DNA of 32,000 bases from an uncultured Lentisphaeria bacterium (GTDB taxonomy: Bacteria > Verrucomicrobiota > Lentisphaeria > JABSQK01 > JAJFLO01): contig OX638337.1 of NCBI GenBank assembly GCA_951812855.1, positions 1 through 32,000 of the forward strand, read 5' to 3'. Below are positions 1 to 9,254 of the stretch, piece by piece (the stretch's first letter is position 1; every line of letters starts with the position of its first letter). A program made the translations under genes and the position numbers. The notes beneath the pieces were generated by a model. It was not told where the DNA came from. It saw only the letters and a program-made list of their open reading frames with translations, and did no database searches.

Positions 1-586
1 ACAGCGTATATCTGACACTATTTCTAAAGGAGAGTTAGAGGATTTTTACGAATTAATGGAACAATATCAGCAAGAACACGATGCGTCCGGGCTCGAAATA
101 GCTGCAGCACTTGCGAAAATGAATCAGGGAGAAACACCATTATTGTTATCTGAAAAAAATGATAAACAATTTTCACAGAGCGATGAGAGGTCTGAAAGAA
201 AACGTCAATCCGCAACACCGAAGTCTATGAATTTAATTCCTGAAAAAGGAAAACAGCGATTTCGAATTGAAATAGGTAAAAAACATGGTGTAAAACCCGG
301 TAATATCGTTGGAGCAATTGCTGGTGAAACTGAAATAGAAACATCAGATATTGGCCGAATTGATATCTATAATTATTTCAGCCTCATTGACTTGCCTAAG
401 GATATTTCTGAAAAATCCATTAATAAACTTGAGAAAGTACGCGTTAGTGGCAGGCCAATGTTAATATCGACAATAAAGACCGAAAAAGTAGCGAAACGAA
501 AGAAATCGTTCAAATCCGGAAAGCATCATAGAAAGGGGAATTTCCTGTCATCAAAAAAACGGAAAAAGAGTGTAGACAGACATTAA
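1..586 (+). CDS. DEAD-box RNA helicase, C-terminal part only (5' end lies outside the window)
   Basis: Frame 2 is open from base 2 to the listed Met at 56, so the window edge truncates the gene. The segment RFRIEIGKKHGVKPGNIVGAIAGETEIETSDIGRIDIYNYFSLIDLP looks like the DbpA/DeaD-type C-terminal RNA-binding domain. A K/R-rich tail follows; stop at 584-586. Confidence 0.7.
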   Translation, partial: QRISDTISKGELEDFYELMEQYQQEHDASGLEIAAALAKMNQGETPLLLSEKNDKQFSQSDERSERKRQSATPKSMNLIPEKGKQRFRIEIGKKHGVKPGNIVGAIAGETEIETSDIGRIDIYNYFSLIDLPKDISEKSINKLEKVRVSGRPMLISTIKTEKVAKRKKSFKSGKHHRKGNFLSSKKRKKSVDRH

Positions 587-753
587 GTAAACTCCATATC
601 CCTGAAGAGGAACTCGAAAATGAATAGTGTGATCTTTCTGATACTCAGAGTCCGTTTATGAAGGAAAAATGATTAGACATGAGATTATTGTAAATAATAC
701 AAAAATTTCAGGATTCTTCAATCATTTGACAATGGCGAAGTATCGTTTTCAAT

Positions 754-1287
754 TCAGTGATCTTTCGAACCTCTTTTCGAGAAAAGATTGAAAATGGAAA
801 TGCCAATCACTGTCAACAATCCAACAATGCACATGCCGGACGTTGGTATGGCAATGATTTTCAAGGATTCCTTTGCCAGGTGGTTGCTGCCTAATCCCGG
901 AGCATTAAGTCCGGCCAGAAGCCAGAACCAGGAATATCCTAAAGATCCGGCTCCAAGAATTCCGGCTGTTATTGATTTAAGTGAATTTGATGCGTTCAGT
1001 ACCGAAAGGAGCATAATTAAAATCAGAGAGGTTGTGCCTAAACCGTTTGCATGGAGGTGGGCCCGCTTAAAATAATTCCAGGATTTTTTGGTTACCAGTC
1101 TCATTTTTGACGTATCATTGTTATAAGCTGTAGCCAAAACGTTACCAGCTCGTTTCTCTAAATATCCCTTTAAGTCTTTCTCAAAGGCTCCAAAGAATGC
1201 ACCTAACCCAAAGCCGAATGCAATTGTCAATAGTGATAAGATTAATCCCACTCTCATCTCTTTAAGATTGTCATATAATTCGTTCAA
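754..1287 (-). CDS. hypothetical integral membrane protein (about 4 predicted TM helices)
   Basis: 177-aa ORF with several long hydrophobic stretches (LILSLLTIAFGFGLGAFFGAF, LGTTSLILIMLLSVL, ILGAGSLGYSWFWLLAGL, CIVGLLTVIGISIF). I recognise no family. The antisense ORF 788-1075 is treated as a shadow ORF. Confidence 0.55.
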   Translation of the reverse strand: MNELYDNLKEMRVGLILSLLTIAFGFGLGAFFGAFEKDLKGYLEKRAGNVLATAYNNDTSKMRLVTKKSWNYFKRAHLHANGLGTTSLILIMLLSVLNASNSLKSITAGILGAGSLGYSWFWLLAGLNAPGLGSNHLAKESLKIIAIPTSGMCIVGLLTVIGISIFNLFSKRGSKDH

Positions 1288-1546
1288 AATAGATATCTTT
1301 TTTAAATCCGGGTAATCATTTTAGCGAATGACGATTGAACCTGTCCTTCCTGGAAAACAAAATTCTCGAAATTATCTGTTACTTATTCTAATAACATTAT
1401 AAAAAAGCCAATTTAATGATGAATTTCAAGTTTAAATAAATTAGGAAATAATAACAAAATTATTATTATTACTTGCTGTAGTATAGTGCTGTTTATTTGT
1501 AACATCATACCGTGTTATCCAAAATTATCGGGGGTGTAACTTTCTG

Positions 1547-1640
1547 TCTGTAATTTCACTTCTCCCGGTGTCGACCCGGAGGGGGGACCGAGCGGCTGGG
1601 CAGCAATTGATTGGGCCGAGGGGTAATGTAAATTACAGAA
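1547..1640 (+). other. GC-rich, stem-closed element in the leader/promoter region of the GAF-GspE gene (candidate structured RNA; class unknown)
   Basis: TCTGTAATTT (1547-1556) is the exact reverse complement of AAATTACAGA (1631-1640). The stem encloses a core rich in G and C runs (cccggtgtcgacccggaggggggaccgagcggctgggc...gggccgagggg) inside very AT-rich intergenic DNA. The element lies about 200 nt upstream of the ATG at 1844. Confidence 0.3.
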
Positions 1641-1843
1641 GAAAATTTGCATTGCCAGTGAAGTTCAATCAGAAGTCTTGTCCAAAATAATTCATCAACG
1701 GTACGTTTTTGAAATGAAAGGTTGATATTGTATTTTAAGTTATTAAAGAGTGAACTTGAGTATACTTCCTGAAACCATTATAAAACGCTTGGTTAAGAGA
1801 TAAACTATACTGATACTATAACAGTGTAATTAAGGTAAACGAT

Positions 1844-4156
1844 ATGAGTACAGGAACTCGCTGCACAGATGATGAGCAGGCATACGATTCTGAAGACTAC
1901 CAGTGTCAGCTAAATTCTCTTTATGAAAAAATTCATGAAGCCGAACATCTCGAAGACATTTTATGGCAGCTTGAACGGGATTTACTTTGGATTTTAAATG
2001 CAGAACGAATGACGATTTACCGGAAAGACAGAGAAGGCCGTGAAATCGTTTCCCGGTACCGAACAGGTAATGAACTGATGGAAGAGATTGTATTGCCATT
2101 AACACCCTCTTCCATTGCCGGATTCGTCGCGATGAGTCAACAACCCATTCGTATTGATGATGTATATGATGCAGAATATCTGTCATCTATTAATGAACGC
2201 CTAAAGTTTGACTACAGTTTTGACCGTGCAACAGGATTTTTAACCACTGCAATGATTGTTGTACCCATTAAATTCAAAGAAACCCTTCTCGGCGTTCTTC
2301 AGCTGATTAACCGACAAAACGGGGGTTCATTTACCGATCAAGAATATGATCACGCTGTTGATATTGCCAAGGTGATGGGGCAGAAATTTAGATATGACTT
2401 AAAAACGACACTCGGCCCGTATGACTTGCTGATACAAGATGAAAAGATCACACTCGAACAAATTGAAGAATATGAAGAAAAAGCAACTGCTGATAACTTA
2501 ACAGTTTCATATCTGCTCGCCAGAGAAGGAGGAATATCAGTCGAAGACATCGGGGCCTCATTGGAACAGTATTATCAGGTTTCTTTTATGAAGTTTGACC
2601 CTGAAATAATTATAGATGAAGAAATTTTCGAGAACCTGAATAAAAGTTACCTGGCCGGTAATTATTGGGTGCCACTGTCGTTTACACCAGATAAAGCCGT
2701 GATTCTGATTGACGATCCGAATGATTCAGAACGGATTATGGACATCCAAAATGTTTTAACTGCGGATACTTATGAATTTCTTGTTGGATTAAGAGAAGAT
2801 ATCCTGCAATATCTTGGCTTTGACTTAACGGGTGAAGAAAAAGGTAAAGAAGTTCAGGAACGGAAAATGGACGATATCCTTGATGAGTTGTCCGGAGATG
2901 AATTGGCACTGCTGCAAGAAGAATCATCAGGGGATTCAGCAGATGACATCTCGGATCCCAATTCTACTGGTATCGTTTCGCTGATTAATAAGATTATTGC
3001 TGACGCCTATGATCTGGATGCATCAGATATCCATATTGAGCCTCATAAAGGCAAGAGACAAGCGGACGTACGTTGTCGAATTGATGGTGTAAATCGCTTA
3101 ATCACACATATACCTGCCACACACATAAATGCCGGTATTGCCCGTATTAAAGTTATGGCTAATCTGGATATCACTGAAAAACGGAAACCGCAGGATGGAA
3201 AAATTGTTTGTAAATTGAGAGGTAAATCTGTTGAGCTGCGTATTGCAACATTGCCTACGGTCAATGGTGAGAGTGCAGTTATGCGTATCCTGGCCGGTGG
3301 TGAGAAAACCTTGCCTTTTGAAGCATTGAACCTATCCTGGTGCAATAAAGACAGGTGTTTAGAGTTTCTCACCCATCCACATGGTATTTTTCTGGTTGTT
3401 GGTCCTACTGGGTCGGGTAAAACTACCACATTGCATGCTATTCTCGGTTTCCTAAATACCCCTGAGCGGAAAATTGTTACAGCTGAGGATCCTGTCGAAA
3501 TAACACAACCCGGCTTGCAGCAGGTACAGGTTATGCCGAAAATCGGATACACATTTGCCGCTGCGATCAGGGCATTTCTGCGTTGTGGGCCGGATATTAT
3601 TCTAATCGGAGAAATGAGAGACCGCGAAACTGCAGCAACTGGAATTGAAGCGTCATTAACCGGGCATCTTGTTCTTTCAACATTGCATACTAATTCAGCT
3701 CCTGAAACGATTATTCGTTTATTAGATATGGATCTTGATCCATTGAATTTTGCAGATGCGTTTATTGGTGTGCTTGCACAACGTCTTATGCGGACACTAT
3801 GCAAAAACTGTAAAGAACCCTACAAACCGGAACAGGAGGAGCTTGATAAACTCATTCATTATTATGATGAAGAAATGTTTCCGGAATTAGAGATTGACAC
3901 AGCCAATCATGAATTAATGAAGCCTGTTGGTTGTGACAAATGCGGCGGGACGGGATATGCAGGTCGTTGCGGTGTCCATGAATTATTGGAAGCAACACCG
4001 GAAATGAAAAAATTGATTGCGGCCAAAGCACCTGTGCAGGAACTTCGAAATTTAGCACTGAGTCAGGGCATGAGAACCCTGCAGCAAGATGGCATTTTAA
4101 GAATTTTCGACGGAGTATCTGATTTGCCAAACTATTATCGAATTGCTGGTAAGTGA
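1844..4156 (+). CDS. GAF-domain-containing type II secretion / type IV pilus assembly ATPase (GspE/PilB family)
   Basis: 770 aa. The C-terminal half has Walker A GPTGSGKTT, Asp box ITAEDPVE, Walker B DIILIGEMRD, His box TGHLVLSTLHTN and the tetracysteine motif CKNC...CDKCGGTGYAGR. The N-terminus (about residues 30-185: ...MTIYRKD...SIAGFVAMSQQPIRIDDVY...VVPIKFKETLLGVLQLINRQ) looks like a GAF domain. Confidence 0.85.
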   Translation: MSTGTRCTDDEQAYDSEDYQCQLNSLYEKIHEAEHLEDILWQLERDLLWILNAERMTIYRKDREGREIVSRYRTGNELMEEIVLPLTPSSIAGFVAMSQQPIRIDDVYDAEYLSSINERLKFDYSFDRATGFLTTAMIVVPIKFKETLLGVLQLINRQNGGSFTDQEYDHAVDIAKVMGQKFRYDLKTTLGPYDLLIQDEKITLEQIEEYEEKATADNLTVSYLLAREGGISVEDIGASLEQYYQVSFMKFDPEIIIDEEIFENLNKSYLAGNYWVPLSFTPDKAVILIDDPNDSERIMDIQNVLTADTYEFLVGLREDILQYLGFDLTGEEKGKEVQERKMDDILDELSGDELALLQEESSGDSADDISDPNSTGIVSLINKIIADAYDLDASDIHIEPHKGKRQADVRCRIDGVNRLITHIPATHINAGIARIKVMANLDITEKRKPQDGKIVCKLRGKSVELRIATLPTVNGESAVMRILAGGEKTLPFEALNLSWCNKDRCLEFLTHPHGIFLVVGPTGSGKTTTLHAILGFLNTPERKIVTAEDPVEITQPGLQQVQVMPKIGYTFAAAIRAFLRCGPDIILIGEMRDRETAATGIEASLTGHLVLSTLHTNSAPETIIRLLDMDLDPLNFADAFIGVLAQRLMRTLCKNCKEPYKPEQEELDKLIHYYDEEMFPELEIDTANHELMKPVGCDKCGGTGYAGRCGVHELLEATPEMKKLIAAKAPVQELRNLALSQGMRTLQQDGILRIFDGVSDLPNYYRIAGK

Positions 4157-4430
4157 TTCTTTTCAATTCAATTAAAATATTGATTTTTCAATGCCTGTGA
4201 GTGAATAATATTTCCGTTCAGACCGTGATTAACGAGTCTGAAATATCCACCTGACCAAGTACTATAGAGTATCTTTCAATAAAACTAACTGCGGGTTTTA
4301 ATGGCTTTTTGTGATAAAAAAATCATAGTTGTATTACCGGCTTATAATGCTCATGCAACATTAAAGAATACATTATCAGAAATGCCAAAGGATTTGGTAG
4401 ATCATTTTATTCTGGTAGACGATGCCAGTT

Positions 4431-4504
4431 CGGATGATACGGCCGGCCTTGCAAAAAAAACTTGGATCGGATGATACGGCCGGCCTTGCAAAAAAAACTT
4501 GGAC
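4431..4504. repeat. 37-bp tandem duplication (2 copies, 36/37 identical), each copy containing an A8 tract
   Basis: cggatgatacggccggccttgcaaaaaaaacttgga[t/c] occurs at 4431-4467 and again at 4468-4504. The unit length is not divisible by 3. Confidence 0.95.
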
Positions 4505-4654
4505 TGGAAGTTCACATTCATCAGGAAAAGAGAGGTTATGGCGGGAATCAGAAAACGTGCTATAACAGTGTACCGGCACACGATCCTGATAGTGTCGCAA
4601 TGGTACATCCAGACTACCAGTATACACCATTAATCTTGAGAGCAATGTGTTCTC

Positions 4655-4674
4655 TGATCGTTTGTGATCGTTGA
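4655..4674. repeat. 10-bp tandem duplication (tgatcgtttg / tgatcgttga)
   Basis: Adjacent copies at 4655-4664 and 4665-4674 (9/10 identical). Deleting one copy restores the reading ...CSLIVEENYEFVIGSR. Confidence 0.9.
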
Positions 4675-5100
4675 GGAAAATTATGAATTCGTCATTGGAT
4701 CTCGCATACTTGTGAACGGTGCATTGAAAGGGGGAATGCCGCTTTATAAATATATTTCAAATCGGTTTCTGATTCTATTTCAAAATATTTGCCTGGGTAA
4801 TAAACTCTCTGAATATCATACCGGTTATCGCATCTATTCTGCTGATATCCTGAGGGATATAGATTATGAACAATTTTCCGATGATTTTATTTTTGATAAC
4901 CCGTTGTTAACTGAAATCATATTGCACAAATACAGGATTGGCGAGCTGTCATGCCCTGCCTTATATTTTCCTGAAGCATCATCAATCAATTTTAGAAAAT
5001 CGGTCAAGTATGGATTGGGTGTACTGTTAACATCGATGAAAGGTGGGGTTTCACGTGCTGCCGGGAAACATTCTCTCTTGTAATATTTGTGCCGTGTTTG

Positions 5101-5931
5101 TCAGGTTCCTTTTTTAAGTAGTACTGTAACAGTACGAAACGATTTAGATAAGTCTAACGGTTTCATATTTGCTGTTTTATAAAGATTATCGATTGTATAT
5201 GTAACATTATTATCACTATCCCGTTTAAGCGTCCCGACCGGAATTCCAGGAGGAATTTCATTACTCAGTGATGACGTTTCGATTTGCATTCCCGCATGAA
5301 AGTTTTTGTCTCTGGGTAAATATTTGATGATACACAGCGGATTAACTTTCCATTGTTGATCACTTCTCCCGAATAGAATACCGTTACTATTTGTATTTAC
5401 TATTCTTACGCTGATTTTGCAATTTGGGTCCAGAATGGTTAGAACAGTTGATGTTTTATTCGATGATTCAATTATTCTTCCAAATAGAAAACCATTTGCA
5501 AGTACGGCCAATCCTTTTTCAAGCCCATGCCTTTTTCCCTTATCAATTCGGTATTCTCTGCCGCTGTTAACAGGATCTTTCCCTATTATTGAGGCGATGA
5601 CGAATTCTGGTTCAAGTTTTCTTGTGATATTTAATTCATGACGGAGCTCATTGATTTCATTTTTAAGAAATTCATATTGGCGTAATTTTATGTCCTTGAT
5701 ATTAAGTTTATTGATGAGTTGTTCATTTTGTTCTAAAAGTTCAGTCTTACTCAATTTGCTGGAAACCTTAAGCTTAATAGTATGTTCTATCTCATGTTTT
5801 TTTATAACAAAAGGAGTTAAAAAATCTATCATCAATTGCTTAAACGAGTCGTCAAATCGAATGAGGACAATAACCAGGATAATAATCAGGAAAAATAATT
5901 TCCCTGCGGCTTTTTTGACTTTTTTGATCAC
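5101..5931 (-). CDS. mreC: rod shape-determining protein MreC
   Basis: 276 aa with an N-terminal TM segment (LFFLIIILVIVLI) and a coiled-coil stretch (LEQNEQLINKLNIKDIKLRQYEFLKNEINELRHEL). This is followed by the MreC-type beta domains (IDKGKRHGLEKGLAVLANGFLFGRIIESSNKTSTVLTILDPNCKISVRI...NGILFG...IPPGIPVG). Confidence 0.75.
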   Translation of the reverse strand: MIKKVKKAAGKLFFLIIILVIVLIRFDDSFKQLMIDFLTPFVIKKHEIEHTIKLKVSSKLSKTELLEQNEQLINKLNIKDIKLRQYEFLKNEINELRHELNITRKLEPEFVIASIIGKDPVNSGREYRIDKGKRHGLEKGLAVLANGFLFGRIIESSNKTSTVLTILDPNCKISVRIVNTNSNGILFGRSDQQWKVNPLCIIKYLPRDKNFHAGMQIETSSLSNEIPPGIPVGTLKRDSDNNVTYTIDNLYKTANMKPLDLSKSFRTVTVLLKKGT

Positions 5932-6143
5932 ACAGTTTTATCCTTTTTCGAGTGAATAAATATTTAAACGAGCAATACCTGAAAACCATGCTTTTCAGGA
6001 TTATTGGTAATCTTGTGTATACACTTCCACCCGTGTATACGTAAATATTTAAAACGAGACTCTAATACTGTGGCATTGTATTAGCCAATAGTGTTAATAT
6101 ATTTCATACCCTTTTTACTATTCTAAGAGAAAACGGATACAAA

Positions 6144-7001
6144 ATGCATGAATATATTGCTAAAGCCGCGGTTTTAATAGAAGCACTGCCATATATCCAG
6201 CGATTTCGGGAGGCGATCGTCGTTGTCAAATTTGGCGGCAGTGCAATGGAAGATTTAGATCGTGTTGAAAGTACCATTCGCGATATTGTTTTCATGGAAC
6301 TTGTTGGAATGAAGCCCGTAATTGTTCATGGGGGTGGAAAGAAAATCAGTGAAAAATTGGCATCAAGGGGTATTAAAACCCATTTTGTTAATGGGTTAAG
6401 GTTTACATGTGAAGAGACAATTGCGGTTGTGGATCAAGTCCTGCATGAGGATGTCAATGTTAATTTGGTTAATGCAATAGTAAAATTTGGAGGTCGGGCA
6501 AGAAGTCTGTCCGGACGAGACGTAATTAAATCGCAAAAAATGGTGACACAATCAGAAGATATCGGATTTGTCGGCAATGTCACTGATGTGAACACTAAAA
6601 AAATATTTGATATTCTAGATGATGATGTCGTCCCGGTGATCACCCCTTTGGGAAAAGGTGCAGATGGTAAGCTGTATAATATAAACAGTGATATCGCCGC
6701 TTGTGGTATTGCGGAGAAATTAAAAGCAGGAAAACTGGTGTTTTTAAGTGATGTCCCCGGAATATTAAAGGAGCCGAAGGACGAATCCAGCTTAATTTCA
6801 ACAATTAAAGTAAGTGAGGTTGATCAGCTAATAGAACAGGCAATTATCTCTGAGGGAATGATACCAAAAATTCAGAGTGCCATCAAGGCCTTGATGGCCG
6901 GCACAAATAAGGTTCACTTAATTGATGGACGGCTTCAACATTCTTTACTTCTGGAAATTTTTACAGATAAAGGAGTTGGAACTCAAATTATAAAATCGTA
7001 A
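6144..7001 (+). CDS. argB: acetylglutamate kinase
   Basis: 285 aa with motifs VVKFGGSAMED, VIVHGGG, NGLRFT and NINSDIAA. It lies immediately upstream of argD and argF. Confidence 0.9.
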   Translation: MHEYIAKAAVLIEALPYIQRFREAIVVVKFGGSAMEDLDRVESTIRDIVFMELVGMKPVIVHGGGKKISEKLASRGIKTHFVNGLRFTCEETIAVVDQVLHEDVNVNLVNAIVKFGGRARSLSGRDVIKSQKMVTQSEDIGFVGNVTDVNTKKIFDILDDDVVPVITPLGKGADGKLYNINSDIAACGIAEKLKAGKLVFLSDVPGILKEPKDESSLISTIKVSEVDQLIEQAIISEGMIPKIQSAIKALMAGTNKVHLIDGRLQHSLLLEIFTDKGVGTQIIKS

Positions 7002-7005
7002 TGAA

Positions 7006-8175
7006 ATGAATACAGAAGAGATAAGCACGTTACAAAATAAATACTTAATTGCTGCATACGCTCCGGAAATCGCATTGATAAAAGGTCAGGGGTGTTATGT
7101 TTGGGATGCTTGCGGTAAAAAATATCTGGATTTTACATCGGGAATCAGTGTTTGCAATTTAGGACATTGTCATCCCGTCGTTACTGACGCAATCCAGCGG
7201 CAGGCGGCAACACTTGTTCATGTATCAAATTTGTACATGAATGAAATACAGCCCCGGCTTGCAGAAAAAATCGCAGGCAACAGTTTTGGCGGCAAATTAT
7301 TTTTTGCCAACAGTGGTGCCGAAGCCAATGAGGGAATGATCAAATTTGCCAGGAGATGGGGCAGTGATAAAGGAAAATCTGAAATAGTGTGTATGAATCA
7401 ATCCTTTCATGGAAGAACATTGGCGACTCTGGCGGCTACAGATAAACCAAAATTCAGAGAAGGATTCAGTCCGCATCTGGATGGATTTGTCTATGCACCA
7501 TTTAATGATATAGAGAGACTGGAACAAGTGGTCCACGATAAAACTGCTGCGATACTTTTAGAACCCATTCAAGGAGAAGGAGGTATTTATCCGGCAGATC
7601 AAGGGTATTTAAACGATGTGAGAAATTTATGTGACGAAAAGAATATTCTTCTTTTATTTGATGAGATTCAATGCGGGATGGGACGGACAGGGCATTATTT
7701 TGCTCATCAACATTTCAATGTTGAGCCGGATGCGATGTCTGTTGCCAAGGCTCTCGGAAACGGTTTTCCGATCGGTGCATTTGAAATCAGGGAAAAATGG
7801 GCCGATGTCTTAACAAAGGGGACACATGCATCAACCTTTGGCGGGACACCACTGGCATGTTCTGCAGCGTTGGCTGTATTTGATGTAATTGAAAAAGAAG
7901 ATATTTTGTTCAATTGCCAAAAAATGAGCCGGTACCTGGAAGGAAAACTCGCAACCCTTGCGAAAAAATGCAGTAAAATAAAAGAGTTACGAACCATTGG
8001 TTTAATGATTGGAATTGAGTGTGATGGTGCTGTTGATACCATTATAAAAGAAGCGTCTCAATCTGGTTTGTTAATTTTGTCTGCCGGTGAGAGTGTTATC
8101 CGGTTGCTGCCGCCGCTGGTGGTTACACAAACTGAAATTGATGCGGCAATAGAAGTATTGGAGAAGATATTATAA
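7006..8175 (+). CDS. argD: acetylornithine aminotransferase (class III PLP aminotransferase)
   Basis: 389 aa with SGAEANEGMIKFAR, FHGRT, LLFDEIQCGMGRTG and the PLP-lysine context SVAKALGNGFPIG. It sits between argB and argF. Confidence 0.85.
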   Translation: MNTEEISTLQNKYLIAAYAPEIALIKGQGCYVWDACGKKYLDFTSGISVCNLGHCHPVVTDAIQRQAATLVHVSNLYMNEIQPRLAEKIAGNSFGGKLFFANSGAEANEGMIKFARRWGSDKGKSEIVCMNQSFHGRTLATLAATDKPKFREGFSPHLDGFVYAPFNDIERLEQVVHDKTAAILLEPIQGEGGIYPADQGYLNDVRNLCDEKNILLLFDEIQCGMGRTGHYFAHQHFNVEPDAMSVAKALGNGFPIGAFEIREKWADVLTKGTHASTFGGTPLACSAALAVFDVIEKEDILFNCQKMSRYLEGKLATLAKKCSKIKELRTIGLMIGIECDGAVDTIIKEASQSGLLILSAGESVIRLLPPLVVTQTEIDAAIEVLEKIL

Positions 8176-8266
8176 CGTATACATATCCATATTGATTTTA
8201 ACTCAGAACTCCAGACTAATCTGCAATCCTAAACTTAAATTTATTGACTCTGAACCAGAGTTGTTT

Positions 8267-9184
8267 ATGAAAAAACCTAAACACTTACTTTCACTTCAGG
8301 ATTTTACAGAAGAGGAACTGGAAGATCTTTTGATCTTTGCTGCTCAGCTTAAAACTGAACGGTCAAATATTAACGCAAACAAGCTGCTGGCGGGAAAAAC
8401 CATTGCAATGATTTTCTCAAAAGCATCAACCCGGACCCGAGTGTCCTTTCAGGCAGGAATTTATGAGTCAGGAGGAAATTCATTATTTTTGGATCATAAC
8501 GATCTGCAATTGGGGCGGGGTGAATCGATGTCTGACACGGCAAGAGTTCTTAACCGGTATATCCATGCTGTCGTGATACGGACATACAGGCATGAAAGCC
8601 TTGTCGAATATGCACAGCATTCTACAATCCCGGTCATAAATGCTTTGACGGATAAATTTCATCCCTGTCAATTGCTTGCCGATTTGCTAACCATAAAAGA
8701 AAATTCAAATAGACTTGGTGGCGTAAAGGTCGCATATTTGGGTGATGGCACGAGTAACATGGCGTATTCCTGGGCAATTGCGGCGAAATTATCCGGGATT
8801 GATTTGAGAATTGGTGCACCGTTAAAATTTCAACCTGACAACTCCTTTACAGAGTCTTTATCGGGTAAAGGAGACGTCATTGTAACAGATGATCCCCAGA
8901 GTGCAGTTAGAGATGCGGACTATATTTATACCGATGTCTGGGTTAGTATGGGATTTGAAAGTGAAGCAGAAGAGAGATTGAAATTGCTGACACCCTACCA
9001 GGTTAATGATCAACTTGTTAAATCTGCATCATCTGATGTAAAAATTATGCATTGTCTACCTGCCAAACGCGGACAGGAGATTACAGCAGAAGTTCTTGAT
9101 GGTCCACATTCCATCATATGGGATGAAGCTGAAAATCGGCTTCACGCACAAAAAGCTGTACTTGCTAAGCTGGTTTCGAGTTAG
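8267..9184 (+). CDS. argF: ornithine carbamoyltransferase
   Basis: Motifs STRTR, HPCQLLADL, DVWVSMG and HCLPAKRGQEI. I place the start at ATG 8267 (MKKPKHLLSLQDF), not at the TTG at 8192 listed in the ORF track. Confidence 0.9.
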   Translation: MKKPKHLLSLQDFTEEELEDLLIFAAQLKTERSNINANKLLAGKTIAMIFSKASTRTRVSFQAGIYESGGNSLFLDHNDLQLGRGESMSDTARVLNRYIHAVVIRTYRHESLVEYAQHSTIPVINALTDKFHPCQLLADLLTIKENSNRLGGVKVAYLGDGTSNMAYSWAIAAKLSGIDLRIGAPLKFQPDNSFTESLSGKGDVIVTDDPQSAVRDADYIYTDVWVSMGFESEAEERLKLLTPYQVNDQLVKSASSDVKIMHCLPAKRGQEITAEVLDGPHSIIWDEAENRLHAQKAVLAKLVSS

Positions 9185-9254
9185 ACTGCATTCATAACCT
9201 CACCTTATTCTCGCCAGAATTTTCAAATAAAAAATTAATTGTAAACCATCCTAT

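Larger units (their letters stand above)
4301..5083 (+). pseudogene. family-2 glycosyltransferase (Dpm1/GtrB-like), disrupted by two tandem duplications
   Basis: The GT2 sequence is spread over three frames. Frame 2: MAFCDKKIIVVLPAYNAHATL...FILVDDASSDDTAGLAKK, stop at 4472-4474. Frame 1: LGLEVHIHQEKRGYGGNQKTCYN...VAMVHPDYQYTP..., stop at 4672-4674. Frame 2: EENYEFVIGSRIL... to 5083. The frame changes coincide exactly with the repeats at 4431-4504 and 4655-4674. Confidence 0.8.

Noticed and set aside
1547-1640. Partial resemblance of GGACCGAGCGGCUGGGCA to the ZTP (CCGCCUGGGCA-like) and ykkC (GGUCCGAGAG) riboswitch cores.
   Set aside because: The other conserved halves of those motifs are absent, and the downstream gene does not fit either regulon. 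The element is kept only as an unclassified structure.
3043-3804. 253-aa ORF antisense to the GspE-family gene. Similar long antisense ORFs occur at 16939-17451, 7707-8042 and 24621-25019.
   Set aside because: They lie entirely inside well-supported genes on the other strand and have low-complexity, Arg/Ser/Cys-rich, motif-free translations. These are shadow ORFs.
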